Origin: Enoplolaimus lenunculus | Taxonomy: Eukaryota | DNA length: 64,000 nucleotides | Reading direction: 5' to 3' | NCBI GenBank assembly: GCA_030248215.1 | Contig: JASANG010001013.1 | Span: 310,001-374,000, forward strand | Shown: positions 50,348 to 64,000 of the stretch, piece after piece | Numbering within the stretch: the stretch's first letter is position 1 | Layout of the letters: the number at the start of each line of letters is the position of its first letter | Made by a program: the position numbers and the translations under genes | The notes under the pieces: model-generated | What the model saw: the letters and a program-made list of their open reading frames with translations, nothing else | Told to the model about the DNA's origin: nothing | Databases searched by the model: none

Positions 50348-52809
50348 CCAAGGTCAAAAGACAAGATGAGTGATTTCGTAGCGTGGCCACGACATATATT
50401 TCTTTTACTTTGTTTTTGTACTGTATTTACGTCATCATATTAATTTCACTGATTGCATGATTTCATTTTTCTATAACTCCACAAAACTTTTAAAATTAAT
50501 GGCAACTGTTTCAGTGTTAAAGTTTCTGTCTGTTAGTTCTCAATGTCAAAATTTTTCAGTGTCGAAAGATTATTTTCTGTTTTATGTAAGTATTTTTTGT
50601 TTTAATTTAATATATTAACGGTCGTTTGATTGTCAAAATAACATATTTTTTGTCTTTGAGAGAAAGTTATATTAATTGTTTTAAAAATGTTTTCAAAAAC
50701 AAAAATTTGTTTAATATTTTAGGGTTCAGAGATGAAAATATTGGAAGTTAAATTTTTACGCTTAACTTGGACGAGTTCATCTCGAAAGATTAATTTCTCT
50801 GTTAATTTTAGTTCTTGTAAACATTTAATTCAAAATATTACAAAAACTACAAATGTTAAAGATTTAAGAGTTATTTCGTTATTTTTATGCTTAGTTGTTA
50901 AGTAAAAAGATTGACCAATTAAAATGCAGGTGCAACAAGTTTAAGCGACTTGCAATTGCATTCAACCGTGCGAATTCAAATTTAGTAGCGCGAATTCCAG
51001 TGAATAATTTGCAGCTGCAACAACTTAAATATACTATTTTGTGACCAAACTTGCACATGAAAGTTGCATGTGCCAGTTTTTGCTGCAAAAACTTTTACGT
51101 GTGAATAGGACTTAAATTATGACTTTTTAATAATGACATACTGAAACTGCTCGATTTCAACCACAATCAACTTTCATTCGCTATTATTTTTGTATTAAAG
51201 CAAGCGAACAGCTTCCAAGCATTTTTTGTTCACATATCCGTTTTCTTATATTTTGTTCAGTATCCGTTTCCGTTATTTTTACTGTCAGTTTCTATATGGA
51301 CTTGCTAGGTATACCACGCAAATTTCAAATACAACACAAATACAGAGTCTTATATATAAATAACACGTTGACTGGGTTTCTGAAACCATACTTAAGTACA
51401 AATTATACTCCAGTATGTGCTGATCACACATTAATCAATTTATCGTTTCTAAAAGCGTGGTTAAGTTAAGTAAATACTTAAACTCTGGTCAACTTTGTCG
51501 AGTTACAGAGTAACAGTTCAGGCCTATTAATTTTGATATAATAATTGAGACTGTAGGCCCATAAAGCCTCCTTAATAAAAAACAAATATGGCATTCTTGT
51601 TATGCCGCAGTTCAAAGTTGATATTTACATGATTTATCCAAAGAGCAAGGGGGGAATGACAGGGGGTGACCAGTCGCCCCCCTTAAAAGCGGAATGTTAT
51701 ACTACGTAGTTCAAAATATTTTCAAACTATATTTCGGTCGGACTCATTGTAAACGAATCCAGAAGAGCTTATACATAAGCTTAAGCTTAAAGCTAAGCAA
51801 AGTCTAAAGCTTAAACTTGCACTATTGCAGTGCCACAGAAAACCAACCGCACCTGATCTTTGCATGGAGCTACTTTACTAACTACACCATATCTGGTTCA
51901 GAAACAGTATTTTTAAACTTTAATGTAGGATCGAGATGCTTTTGTTTTCTATCAAATTAACACTAATTTTGGAAAGTAAAAACAAATGCCAAAATTGGCT
52001 AAAGCTTGGAGAATTTGTAAAAGTACACCAGAAATATTTGCAATTTATAATTGTGATATGTTTAGCAATTTGAGAATACAAACGAGCTGAGACTGCATCC
52101 GTTTACAATTTTAAGCAGGATGCTGTCGGATATAAAAAATACCGGAACCGGAAACTAAAAAAAAACATAATTTTCTACCGGAAACAAAACTGAATTGTTT
52201 TTTTTCTATATAAAAACGACAAAACGTTTAATAAATGTTCGTCCACAATATTTTGTGTACACAAAGTAACTTTGGTGGGAGGTGATGATAAACGCGGAAG
52301 ATAAAAACAGCGTCAACGCATTGGCTGGGTTTCTGAAACCTTATTTTCGATGTTTAGTTAAGTTCGTCTGAAGCATTTAAGTCTTTTACTTAAGAAAATA
52401 CGCAAATTTTTGGACAGGATTTTGGTTGCATTTAGTTTGATGAGTGATTTATGTGTTTATTTAAACTAAATATGCTTTGAACACCGACAAATTGCTTAAT
52501 TAATTGCACATTTCGGTATCTATCGGTTACCTCCTTCACAAAGTTAATACGAAACAACAGTTTGTTGTATTAATATCCCATCTACGTCGTACAGCGCACG
52601 CCAAAGTCAAAAAATGTCTGACCATTTTAATAGCACGCTAATTTAAGAACACTCTCTAAAAGAAATGGGCGAACTTTATTAAGCTAAATATTAAATTGAC
52701 CTACAAAATGAAGCGAAACGGCAAAAATAGTAGTGTAATAACATCATCTGTTTAATAGGTGCAAATTGTACGGTCATAGTGTAGAAGCTGTACAATTTAA
52801 GTTTATTTA

Positions 52810-53120
52810 ATTTTTCAAATTTTGGCGCGGAAACTTACATTTTGTCAAAAATATTCAAATGTTGGTGAGAAAATTTAAATTTTGGCGGGAAAATCAAATT
52901 TGGAAGAAAAATTTTAATTTTGGCGGAAAAATCAAATTTGGAGGAAAAATTTAAATTTTGGCTTGAAATTCAAATTTTGGCGCCAAAAATTACATTTTGG
53001 CGCCAAATTTAAACAATGACAATAAATTCAAATTTGGCGCAAAATTCATTTTTTCGCAGGAAAATTCGACCGGGAAATTATTTTTTTTCGGTAACTTCTA
53101 ATTTTGGTGCAAGAAAAAAC
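52810..53120. repeat. Degenerate AT-rich short tandem repeat (AAATTTTGGCG motif)
   Basis: Recurrent AAATTTTGGCG/AAATTTGG units at a period of about 18-20 bp. Confidence 0.6.
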
Positions 53121-53863
53121 ACCCTACCAAAATATTCTGCCATTTTTCACACTTGTCTTAAGAATAAAAACAATATACTAGCTAAACAGTGTGGAAATCA
53201 TTATTTAGTGTAGGAAATAGCTGTAATTTTATTGCTGCTTTCCAATAATAAGATGGACATTTTTTGTAAGTGGCATACGCAGTATAACATGGATGGTGCA
53301 TAACTTTTCTGTGGCTATTTTACACTGCATAGCTGACAGAACACCTAACGTACACATCGTTATAAGTATTTTAGTTAAAAAACATTTTAACTTTATTAAT
53401 GTTTTTAGTTTAGTATTTTTAGTTTAAACTTTGCTAACATTTTAAACATTCAGTTTAGCGTTTATAGACATTTTGCCCATCTTAGTTGCGGCTTTGAATA
53501 TTAAAATATCAATGTATAAAAGCGTCTGGGACGTACGTTTTTAGAAATTAACAAAAAATTCAGTTCAAGCCAAAATTTCATGTAAATAATAAACCAGCTC
53601 ACTGTTTTTGAAGTATTTTTTCGCATGGAAAACTATTAATATTTGACTTTTAACTGTTTTGCAAACTATACGTCTAAAAGGTGGAAGTTAAATTTAAAAC
53701 TAACGGTGAAAAAATGTTTTTTACGTTTACACGCACTTATAAATGCACAGACTGGGTAGATAATTAAGATATTCTTAAACATTAATCTACTGTAGTGACC
53801 AGAATAAGAGGGGTAATAAGAGGGGGTTCGCCATTTTCAGGTCGAATCAATACGAGTCCGTAG

Positions 53864-54658
53864 TGTAGTGACCCGAATAAGGGGGGGACTGATATTTATT
53901 TGGCCTCTCCAGAGGGTACCCCACTTGTGATTCGGTTACAGACTGTTATCTATTTATAACCCACGCTCCGTCGCCCTTGGTTACTGATATATATCCGGTA
54001 CTGCAATAATCCGTTGAATTAAACGTTTATTTGTATTGTGTCAATAGCTTGAGCGATAATACAAGGTTATACCTTGGATTCTTATTTTCAAAACTTAGTA
54101 CTTAAACTTTAAGTTTCGAACTCAATTATATTTGGTCCTTTAGTCATTTATGTGCTACAATTAGAGATAATTGTCATTTATGGACTCTAATTAGGGTTTA
54201 AGGACTCTATCCGCTTACGGACTCTTATTAGAGATACGGACTCCTATTGATCGGGACTCAAAATGGGACCCCCTCTTTCAATACAGTATTGGTGATAAAA
54301 GTTCGCAAGCAGATAGAGTTCTTAAACCCTAATTAGAGTCCATAAATGTCAATTATCTCTCTAATTGTAGCACATAAATGACTCCAGGACCGAATAAAGT
54401 TGAGTTTGAAACTTTAAAGCGTACTTAAATTTTGAAAGTACATTTCTAAGTATAACCTTGCATGATCGCTCAAGCTATTGACACAAGATAAATAAAAGTT
54501 TATTTCAACGGAGAGGTGCAGTACCGGATATATATCAGTAACGAAGAGTGGAGGAGCGTGGCCTAAAATAAATAACAGTCCGTAACCGAATAACAGGATG
54601 GGTACCTTCTGGAGAGGCCAAATAAATATCAGTCCCCACTCTTATTCGGGTTACTACA
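53864..54658. mobile_element. Fold-back element with long inverted arms (about 340 bp)
   Basis: TGTAGTGACCCGAATAAG...ACTGATATTTATTTGGCCTCTCCAGA matches CTGGAGAGGCCAAATAAATATCAGT...CTTATTCGGGTTACTACA as an inverted repeat; fragments at ~7290-7348, ~12706-12760, ~19540-19820. Confidence 0.75.
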
Positions 54659-55142
54659 ATATTTCAATTGTGGTAAAAAAACTTCGGATCCGAATATTTT
54701 AGTCAAAAACGCGGAAAATCTGATTAGTTTTATATTTTAATGCATAAATTTGACTCGGAACGTATTCCATGAAACCATGAAAACTCGATCAACTATTTTG
54801 TGCAGAAAAACGCTGGAAAGTATTAAGTTCAACACAGCCTATGTACAGATGAGGGCAGTACCAGTAGTATAGGCATATTCACAAGCCTTAATTTAAGGGC
54901 TCGGCTTAAGGATAAGCCAAAAACCAAGCCTAAGCCTTAGCAAAACATAGCCTAAAGTGTGAGCGCAACCTGTAGGAGTCTCGCTGAATATCGGCCCGTT
55001 CGTCAGCTATATTTGTATTAATTTTGAATTGAACTTAATTTTTAACATTTTCGATATTATCTGTCTTCTGGACCTAAATCTAAAACTCGAACGTCCAACA
55101 TACGTATAATGGCATCGATTCAGCATGGAGCAAATAAGCTTA

Positions 55143-55415
55143 AGCCCTTTCACACGTGCAAGTTTTTGCTACGAGATCTTGCAGTTGCAAATAGCACACA
55201 GAACTTGCGTTTTTCCATCAGACAATGAGGAAGCGGCTGCAATAAATTCAGTCAACTTGCATGGTTATTTACACATGTAACTAAATTCCTAGCTTTGATT
55301 TTTAAAGAATCATCTGCAGCTGCAAGTTTTTCGAACAGGACTTTGGACAAAACTCACAAGTGCAATTTGCAGATGCAAGTTTTCGCGTCAAAAGCTGGCA
55401 CATGTGAATAGGGCC
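55143..55415. mobile_element. Harbinger-like MITE
   Basis: AGCCCTTTCACACGTG / CACATGTGAATAGGGCC TIRs with TTA flanks; relatives at ~2310-2460, ~42093-42290, ~50910-51112. Confidence 0.65.
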
Positions 55416-57185
55416 TTATTATTGCAACCATCTGTATGTTTTGAAAGTTAACATTACGCTTGCCAGTAATAGCGAAAACTAAATAGTTACCTCAAAAGTC
55501 GAACTTCTAACACATTTTTAGCTTTATATTTCTGTAAATTTGTTAAACCATTACAATCTAGTCATTAATTTACATACAACACCCCGTAGTTTCAATTTAC
55601 AAATCCTGTGGATTCGCAGCTTTTTTTAACAGTTTTTGTGAGCAGTGAAATTTCCAGTTAATTGTTTATGGTCGCAGTTAAACATGGTTTATTTTGATTA
55701 AAATTGGAATGATTTTGAAGAATTTTAGCTTAAATACGTTTTTATTATCCCGTCTGCACTGCCGGTTTTAGATGCTGCTTGTTTCAATACTTCAAACCCT
55801 TATAGTTATGGTAAAAGTTCTGGGCTGAAAATAAACGATACACGAAACCCTGTGATAAATAGATTTAAATATTTTGTCCCATGTAAAGATCAGGGGCGGA
55901 AAGTATTTCTGCGGGATTGCAATAAACTAAGCATATGCTTTAGATTAATTTTGGCACAGACTTAGGCTCTGGCTTAGGTATGAACTCATTTTTATGCCTA
56001 GGCATTAGCTTAAGCTTAGGCTTAAGAATATGTTTATGCTACTATTACGGCCCTGTTCTATACATTAGCAAATATTTTAAGGGTTATTCAGGGACCGTTC
56101 AAGAAATTCTTTACCCATTGTTTGGTTCAGCTAATTCTCATATAAACGCTATTAGCACTGTTATAGCTGATTGTAGGCAAACTTTAAACGTAATATATAA
56201 TTTAGAATAGCATTAACTATATATATATAATGAATCCGTTGTTTTATTTATTTTTTGTTGCGTTGTTTAATTCAGCTCAAAAGTGTAAGTGTATATGAAA
56301 TCATGCTAATATATTTGGCTTATGGCTCATCTACGTAATAATAATTTTGCAACTGTGATGATAATCCCAAAACCACGGCATTGCAATTCCTTAATGTGTT
56401 CCTAGGACAGGTGAACACTGAAACACATACAACGCTGCCTGTGTCTGCTGGTTTCAGCACAGGAACCGGCTTTGGTTTTTTATTAGCCGAGTTTAGCAAT
56501 CACCAAATGTGGACCTTCAACTCGGGATCATAGGCTCCAGTAATCTGGTTGTTTACCAATACGAGTACAACAAACTATATCGACCCCGTAGCCAAGATGA
56601 CCAGCGTGGAGTTCAGTCCCCCCTGGAAAATTTTCGGCCCCCATTAGAAAATTTTCAACCTTGCTTGTAAGTCAACGAAAACCTTCGTATGCCCTGTTGA
56701 AATATTTAGCACCAAACTGCAAGGTGAGCTGGCTACGGGCCTGAACACTATGCGGAATAAATGATAAATAGGATTGCTATTCCAAGCGGGAGATTCCAGA
56801 AAATCCATATAAGCTAGAAACGGCCAGAGCGATCTACAGTAAACTAGAGCAGTTTAGCACGGACGTTTAACCCAATTAAAAATTATTATGAGACTTAAGA
56901 GTGCCAGTTTAGATTAGTAATCAGTAATGTTTAGCTAATTTAACCTGAATTGAAGCCGTCTAGCCTGTCGTACGGGTTTAGGCTTCGCAACAGGTTTAGA
57001 ATGCACCGATAACAACGGCAATCGTAAAACCTAAAATATAAAATTACAACACAAACCAGATCGTATTTAGTATTATTCCAGTAGTTGCTTTAGTCTGCCA
57101 TGTACAGCAATTAGCAATTTGTAATTCGCTCGCTGCTACTTGCATTATACTTATTAAAAGTGCAATATATGGGTGTAGTGTATGT

Positions 57186-57637
57186 CAGGATGTAACCGGA
57201 TATCCGTTTCCGATTCCGGTAAACATCGATATCCGTTTCCGTTTCTGTCCCCGTTTCGGGTACACATCGGTATCCGGTCCCGTTATACAAATACTGGAAT
57301 TTCGTCTATTTGTTACGTTCAAAATTAGTAATAAATTACGTATTAAATTTCACGCAATTTTTTATTACACTTGTGCTGCAATTGTCCGAACTGAAACACA
57401 AATTACGATATTCATCCATAATCTTGAAAAAATTTCGATGCATCCATCAATTTTTTCGTCAATATTTTAGAAAACTCGGTGAAAATTAGCGCGTCTCAAT
57501 TGTGTTCGCAGAAAAATAAAACATACTTGAAATTTATATACTTCAATGTCCGTTTTCCGTTTCCGTTTCAGTTATTTCGATCACTATTCGTTTCCGTTTC
57601 GGTTTCCGTTATTTTTACTATTCGTTTTTACACCTTG
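57186..57637. mobile_element. hAT-like MITE
   Basis: CAGGATGTAA / TTACACCTTG ends; TSD GTGTATGT/GTGTATAT; CCGTTT subterminal repeats. Confidence 0.75.
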
Positions 57638-57669
57638 GTGTATATTAATTTCGTTGTAACGTTTTTAAG

Positions 57670-60600
57670 CATATGCCTGTGGCGTTGGTGGTTCCGGTGG
57701 TCGCATTAGAGGTGGCAAGGTGGGAAAGGTAAAATCTGATCGATTTCCATTGCTCAGAAGTAAGTTTTACGAAATATTATCCCCTTTTGTCGATTTATAG
57801 TCCCTTTGTGGCATATTGATGGCTTCGACACGCAAAAGGATCAACAAAATTTTGAATCTGAATTTCAGCCTTACAAAACTGACTATGCTTCGTGGTGTAC
57901 GACCAATAGGGTTAACCCTTGAAAAACAAAACAGATTAGGTTGTAAATACATTAAGCAAACCCTTATTCATTTGTGACCAGATAAACAATTTTCAGTAAG
58001 TATGCAGAACTATTGCATCTGTCAAGTGTGATATAATTTACATGCAAGGATTCGAACCCGGGACTCACGGATTGACGTCGATTACCGTATTCATTCAGCT
58101 ATAGAAGCATGCCGCTCTCGTTACTGATATATCGGAGTACACGACCAATTTTCGTAATGCATCGTTTACTTTAACTCGTGTACACATTGTGGAAAATTAC
58201 ACTGCCAATAGACGTTTCTGGTCTCCGACTGGCTGCGTTCCCAATTTATTATTTTTTCAACGAATTTGATTCGTTGATTTTATTTTTTTAGAATGTTTCG
58301 GAAAGAAAACCGCGGTCGGAACAGAAGCGACTCTGGCCACTCAAGAAGCCCAGTCGTTTGCTGGACTAAATTGCAATTTTGAAGGCCGTTGCGAATGCTG
58401 GGGTTCAAGTGTACGTTATCATGCGTGGAATTATGGCTCAAACGCGCAAAACGCTAATTCTGCAAAACGATGTTTTGGACGTGGACTCGAACAAGTATTG
58501 CCAAGTGAGTTTATTCCAAATGTGTACGGTAAGTGTATTTAACTGCTAAGATGCTGTTTCATGTCGCTTTGTTCCGGTATTATTTTTTCAGGTTACTCTC
58601 TGAAACATATATATACTTAAAATTAAGTAAAACTGTTGCCAAATTGAGTGTCGGTTTTAGTTTCTATGGTGCTTGGCAATATTTTACATAATTTTAAACA
58701 AACAGAAAATTTTTAGCGTTATATTTACTTAATTAATGAGGAAATGACAGCAGTAGTTTTACTTATTTACTTAAGCAAAGATTTACTCAATATTTAGTAC
58801 ACTTATACTTAAAAAAGGTAGTAAAATATAACTATAGTATTTTAAGTAGAGTGTTTTTACAGAGTATAATATTAAATACAGTAAGTACTCACGGATTTGT
58901 TTAGGTTTCAAAGTTGTTTTCAACGAAACAGCAAACAAACTTTTCATACTAGAATGAAAAGTGCCCCGATGTGGCCATAGAAAACGATATGTTTCGGGTA
59001 TTAAGATTTTAGTTCAATACCGCTAGTATTACAATTTCCATGCATGCGTATAAAGTTTTAAAACTAGATTAATTTGATACCAATCAGCGTCCTCCCAAAA
59101 CACGACACAACAATACTATAGAATTAATAAAAGTTAAATCATTGAGTTTGATTGACTGCGTAACGGAAACATATCCGCAACTTTCTCTGACAGTGGCCAA
59201 ATAGACATGTGATCCACTGTTTCGAAATATTAAAACAAGAAATAAATACTAGAATATAAATGACGAATTATGGTTGATGTAAAAAATTAGAGTACACACT
59301 CGTGACATTTGTTTCTTGCACTTAGTAAACTGAAGTTTCGAATATATGCAGAAAAATTTTGGGTTTTAAAAAGAGTATATAAGTAGAAATTAAGCGTAAA
59401 ATGCTGGTGACCCAATATTAAAAACGTGTTTGTTCGTCAATTGGCTCAATGTAAAGAACAGGAGCGGATCAGTATTATAAGCATATTCCTAATCCTAAGC
59501 CTAAGCATAAGCGTTAGCATGAGCATATTCCTAAGCCTAAACCTAAGCGTAAGAATGAGGATAATCCTAAGCCTAAGCCAAGCAAAAAATTAATCTATAC
59601 CTTAAGCTTATTCTATTCTAGTCCCGCAGAAAATCGTTCCGCCCCTGATCTTTACATTGGCCGTCATTGGAATACAACGCAGATTTCGTCAGCAAAGTTG
59701 CAAACATTGTTTCGCTACGTACTCACTCAAATATTTTAATGTTTTAAAAGTTTAAAATCTGGGTACCGTTCAGCCAAGTATGGAGAGGGCACTGTACGGT
59801 ACAAAATTTATACAGCTCCAAAACTTGATGCGTTATCGTTTTCTATAGCAACGTCGGGACACTTTACTCTCCATCGTGACTTTTCTCCGAAAAAGTTGCG
59901 GATATGTTTCCGTTACGCAGTCAATCAAACTCAATGATTTAACTTTTATTAATTCTATAGTATTGTTGTGTCGTGTTTCGGGAGGATGCTGATTGGCATC
60001 AAATTAATCTAGTTTTAAAACTTTATACGCATGCATGGAAATTGTAATACTAGCGGTATTGAACTAAAATCTTAATACCCGAAACATATCGTTTTCTATG
60101 GCCACATCGGGGCACTTTTCATTCTAGTTACTAAGCTTTAGGAAGAAATTTGATGTAAATTTACCTTAAGTGCGAAAATATTCAAATTTAAAGTCATATA
60201 TACTCACGTTATAATTGTTTTAGAACTGTTAAGCTATATTTCCATAGAAAATTAGAAACTACATTTTCACAATCACAAGAGTCGCGCTTTCCTAATTTTA
60301 TTTTTATTTATTAGGTAACTCGCTCAATTTATAATGCTAATATATTTTAATTCATATAAATTGTTTGAATTCAAATAGAAAATCAATACAATTGATAAGT
60401 ACTTGCTCTAGTGAAAACTGATTTTATGCTGCATAGTAGTGTAGAACCTATACATCGGTATCGGTATTGTAATCGGTATTTTGGAAGAATACTGATTCCG
60501 ATACTTTCAATTTTGTATTGCACACATGAATTGCGTTAAACATATAATTGGAATGCGCAGCATTTAAAAATATGGCTGCAACAAATATTTTGTGAAACAT

Positions 60601-63207
60601 GCTGAATACGCATTTGCATCAACATGCGGACGTGGAAAATTGCTTGAAACACACTTTTGTTCGTTTCCTCTTAATTGAACAAGAAATTCTAATAATGAAA
60701 TTCCATCCCCAGTCAAAACTGCGAATCCGCAACTATAAGGTTTGCTTTGTAACTTATTTTTGTTTTCTTTTCGAAAACGAAAAACTAAGGCGGCCGGGCG
60801 TGGGCCTGAAAAATCCGGGCCGGTTCATACCATAATGAGAGCCCGCTGTGTTCGAGCGTCTCGTTTTTGAAAGAGACTGCTTGCTCTGGAAACCTTATTA
60901 AATTAATGGTGTTAATTTTGCACGTCAAAATTTCTTCAAACATTCTAAACCGAGTTTTGGACATTTCAGTGCTCAACTTGGTGCTACCAATAATACATAC
61001 TTTATGGGTTTACCACTTTGAATGATTTGGACAACTTGAGGTTACGTCTACGTTTTCAAAAATGCGCCTTGGCAAAAAATACACATAAAAAACTAGCTAT
61101 GTTACTAATTTGTAATCATATATAAGCTAATGTTTTTCGTAATTGTCCGCTTAACATGTTTCGCATATATACGTACTAAACAATAGTATTTTCGTTAAAT
61201 AAATAGCTTAACGTATATGGTTGAGAAAACTTATGTAGCACATAAAAAATTAGATTGTTACAATCTACGATTCTGTAGAACACCTTGCGACAAGATTTGA
61301 ATCCAAATACGAAGGCGAAACTGCGCTTCCGATTCTTATGAAAACGTTTACGTTTAATACTTCGACAATTTTTATTTAAATATAGCGCATGAACACCGGT
61401 TGCCATGATCTTGAATGACATACGTTTGTATATAAATACCACCAAAACAGAATAGTAGAAATAATAGACTTTTGAAAGAAACATAAGAGAGACGTGAACA
61501 CTTTTGGAAAAAACATATAATAGTGACACTACCGTGTCCCTATGATTATACAGTATCATGTGCTTCGGCTTAGGTTTAAGTTTAGGTTCAGGTTCGTTAA
61601 CTGGGTGGGTGGGGCTTCATGCGGTGGGGAAAGTAAACAAATATCAAAAGTTTCACGAAATGCAATGTTTTGAAGTGTCTTTGCAGCGAATGGATTCATT
61701 TTCACTGAAACCGATTCGGCTACAAGCAGCAAGGAAGCTCAGTTGATATCGTGTTACCTGTATAACGTTCAACAACTGGATATGGCGTTTGAGTAAGCAG
61801 AGGCGTTGCTTTGCATATTATATTTCGGTAGAAGATATTATGGCCCATGTATTGAACAGGGCCGGAACAGTAGTATAGGCATATTCCTAAGCCTAAGCCT
61901 AAGTGGAAGAATGAGCCTATTCCTAAGCCTAAGCATAAGCATAAGCGTAAGAATGAGTCTCTTCCTAAGCTTAGGCATAAGCATAAGCGTAAGAATGAGC
62001 ACATTCCTAAGCCTAAGCGTAAGACTAAGCCTAAGCCTAAGCAAAAAAATACTCTAAAGCTTAAACTGACTCTATTACAGCCCCTCCGGAAAACGATCCG
62101 GTCGCGTTCTATACATTGGCCAACATTATGATGTGAATCATTTTTCGGTGCCAGGATCTGTGAAAGATGATTGTAAACGCTGTTAAAAAAAGTACTTTAT
62201 TTTTTTGTTTAAAATTTTGAAATTTTTGCTTCTAAAATTTACAAAAAAATTATTCTAAATTATGTTAAAAGTGTTGTTTTATTTACTGTTTAGAAATTTT
62301 AGGATGGGCTAAACTCCGCCTTTCACTTTCCTTGTATCCGCACCTGTGAGTTTGCTCAGTTATGAGCATTTGGTTTCAATTTTTGTTTTGAGTTAATTTG
62401 AACGTTCGTTTATGCAAACCTTTGGGTGGCGTTATACTCTTTGACGATATTACTCCTTTTTGGAACCGTCCGGCATTTATGTGCCGCTGTCCGGAACCGG
62501 ATGGGGTCCGTGAAAATTATATGAATCGTTCAGTAAGCATAAACAAAACCTTAAGTTAAAACCTAAGTCTACGTTTAGGGTGGCGGAATAAATATTGTTC
62601 GGCGCCGTCCGTTACCGTCCTTCACCGCGTCGTATCGTATACTAGACGGTGATAGACGGCGAAGGACAGGTGACCTACAACGCCGAACGGCGCTGGAGAA
62701 CATTAATAAGTTTTAAAAGTGTAGCGCCACTGTAAACCTAAACCAAAACCTAATCCAAAGCCTAAGCCTAAGCTTCACATTCTCTAAATCCAACTATCTC
62801 CCAGTAGGCATAGCCCAATATTTGACATGGGCCCTTCCTGTACTCCGGATAAACAAAAATGCTTCTGTAACGAACCTTATGCGTTCAGTATATCAAGTGT
62901 CAGTCCATCATTTTATGCTCTAGGATCCGCTAGGAGACAGTGGGACTGATACACTTAGAGACTGAGAAGTTTGATTAGGTTTAGGTTTAGGCTTAGCAAG
63001 CAGGTTCCCACGCTTGAAACATGGGCCAAAATGTTTGATGTAAGCGAATCTTATTGTTTTTTTCTGTGTTTAAGCTGGTGGGCGCATAAGACTAAACTGA
63101 GTGTGTGCACGTTGATCAGCGGCGTTGAAAATTGTCAGCTAATGACAGAAGGCGACAAACGCAAAACGTTGATCGAAAATACTGGCGAAGTATACGATGT
63201 TGTACAG
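57670..63207 (+). CDS. MAM-domain protein, partial; exons 57670-57759, 58292-58504, 61687-61792, 63075-63207 (5' exon not found; gene continues past the window)
   Basis: Phase-consistent GT-AG splicing (1-1, 1-1, 1-2, 2-0) gives ...LNCNFEGRCECWGS..HAWNYG...PTNGFIFTETDS..KEAQLISC...LDMAFDWWAHKTKLSVC..NCQ, a nematode-type MAM pattern. The ORF track mostly misses it. Confidence 0.75.
58949..61545 (-). mobile_element. Non-autonomous Helitron-like element, copy 2 (in a MAM gene intron)
   Basis: Near-identical to 36889-39925 apart from indels; same A|TC...CTAG|T ends; nested MITE at 59443-59662. Confidence 0.75.
61842..62121. mobile_element. TTAGGC-carrying MITE
   Basis: GGCC TIRs; TSD GATATTAT/AACATTAT. 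Confidence 0.85.
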
Positions 63208-63311
63208 GTATATTAATATATTAATATTTCATTAGAAATTCATTTAAACTTCAGAATTTAATTATCAACAGTGGAAAGCTTATCCCTGCGATAAGGGTTA
63301 GGCATAGGCTT

Positions 63312-64000
63312 AGGAATATGTTTATACTACTGTTACAACAGGAATATGCTTATACTACTGTTACAACAGGAATATGCTTATACTACTGTTACAACAGGAA
63401 TATGCTTATACTACTGTTACAACAGGAATATGCTTATACTACTGTTACAACAGGAATAAGCTTATACTACTGTTACAACAGGAATATGCTTATACTACTG
63501 TTACAACAGGAATATGCTTATACTACTGTTACAACAGGAATATGCTTATACTACTGTTACAACAGGAATATGCTTATACTACTGTTACAACAGGAATATG
63601 CTTATACTACTGTTACAACAGGAATATGCTCATACTACTGTTACAACAGGAATATGCTTATACTACTGTTACAACAGGAATATGCTTATACTACTGTTAC
63701 AACAGGAATATGCTTATACTACTGTTACAACAGGAATATGCTTATACTACTGTTACAACAGGAATATGCTCATACTACTGCTACAACAGGAATATGCTTA
63801 TACTACTGTTACAACAGGAATATGCTTATACTACTGTTAAAACAGGAATATGCTTATACTACTGTTACAACAGGAATATGCTTATACTACTGTTACAACA
63901 GGAATATGCTTATACTACTGTTACAACAGGAATATGCTTATACTACTGTTACAACAGGAATATGCTTATACTACTGTTACAACAGGAATATGCTTATACT
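63312..64000 (+). repeat. 28-bp satellite array (at least 24 copies, runs off the window)
   Basis: Highly homogeneous unit AGGAATATGCTTATACTACTGTTACAAC. Confidence 0.95.

Noticed and set aside
57060..57175. Signal-peptide first exon of the MAM gene
   Set aside because: Hydrophobic frames exist, but none has an in-frame ATG without an intervening stop
63312..64000. CRISPR array or coding repeat
   Set aside because: Head-to-tail 28-bp units with no spacers; eukaryotic context; unit derives from a MITE

Overview
AT-rich, repeat-dense eukaryotic genomic DNA, most likely from a nematode: TTAGGC telomere-type repeats are everywhere, the genes have spliceosomal introns, and a nematode-type MAM protein is present. 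By manual splicing I reconstructed an 8-exon NHERF/EBP50-like gene with two PDZ domains and an ERM-binding tail (26422-42655, +) and four exons of a MAM-domain gene (57670-63207, +, incomplete). There is also a small secreted cationic ORF (16062-16355, -). Most of the rest is non-autonomous transposons: GGCC-ended, 8-bp-TSD (Merlin-like) MITEs carrying TTAGGC arrays, hAT, Harbinger and CACTG MITEs, two copies of a non-autonomous Helitron, and MITE-derived satellites. The standout is a 602-bp miniature LTR retrotransposon (TRIM) at 25135-25736. It has 253-bp LTRs, a tRNA-Gln primer-binding site, a polypurine tract and a 5-bp TSD, and each LTR contains a tRNA-like Pol III promoter cassette, making it a tRNA-based analogue of plant Cassandra elements. 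It is inserted antisense into a solo LTR of its own family just upstream of the NHERF start codon. All coordinates, alignments and family calls were made by eye, with no database searches.
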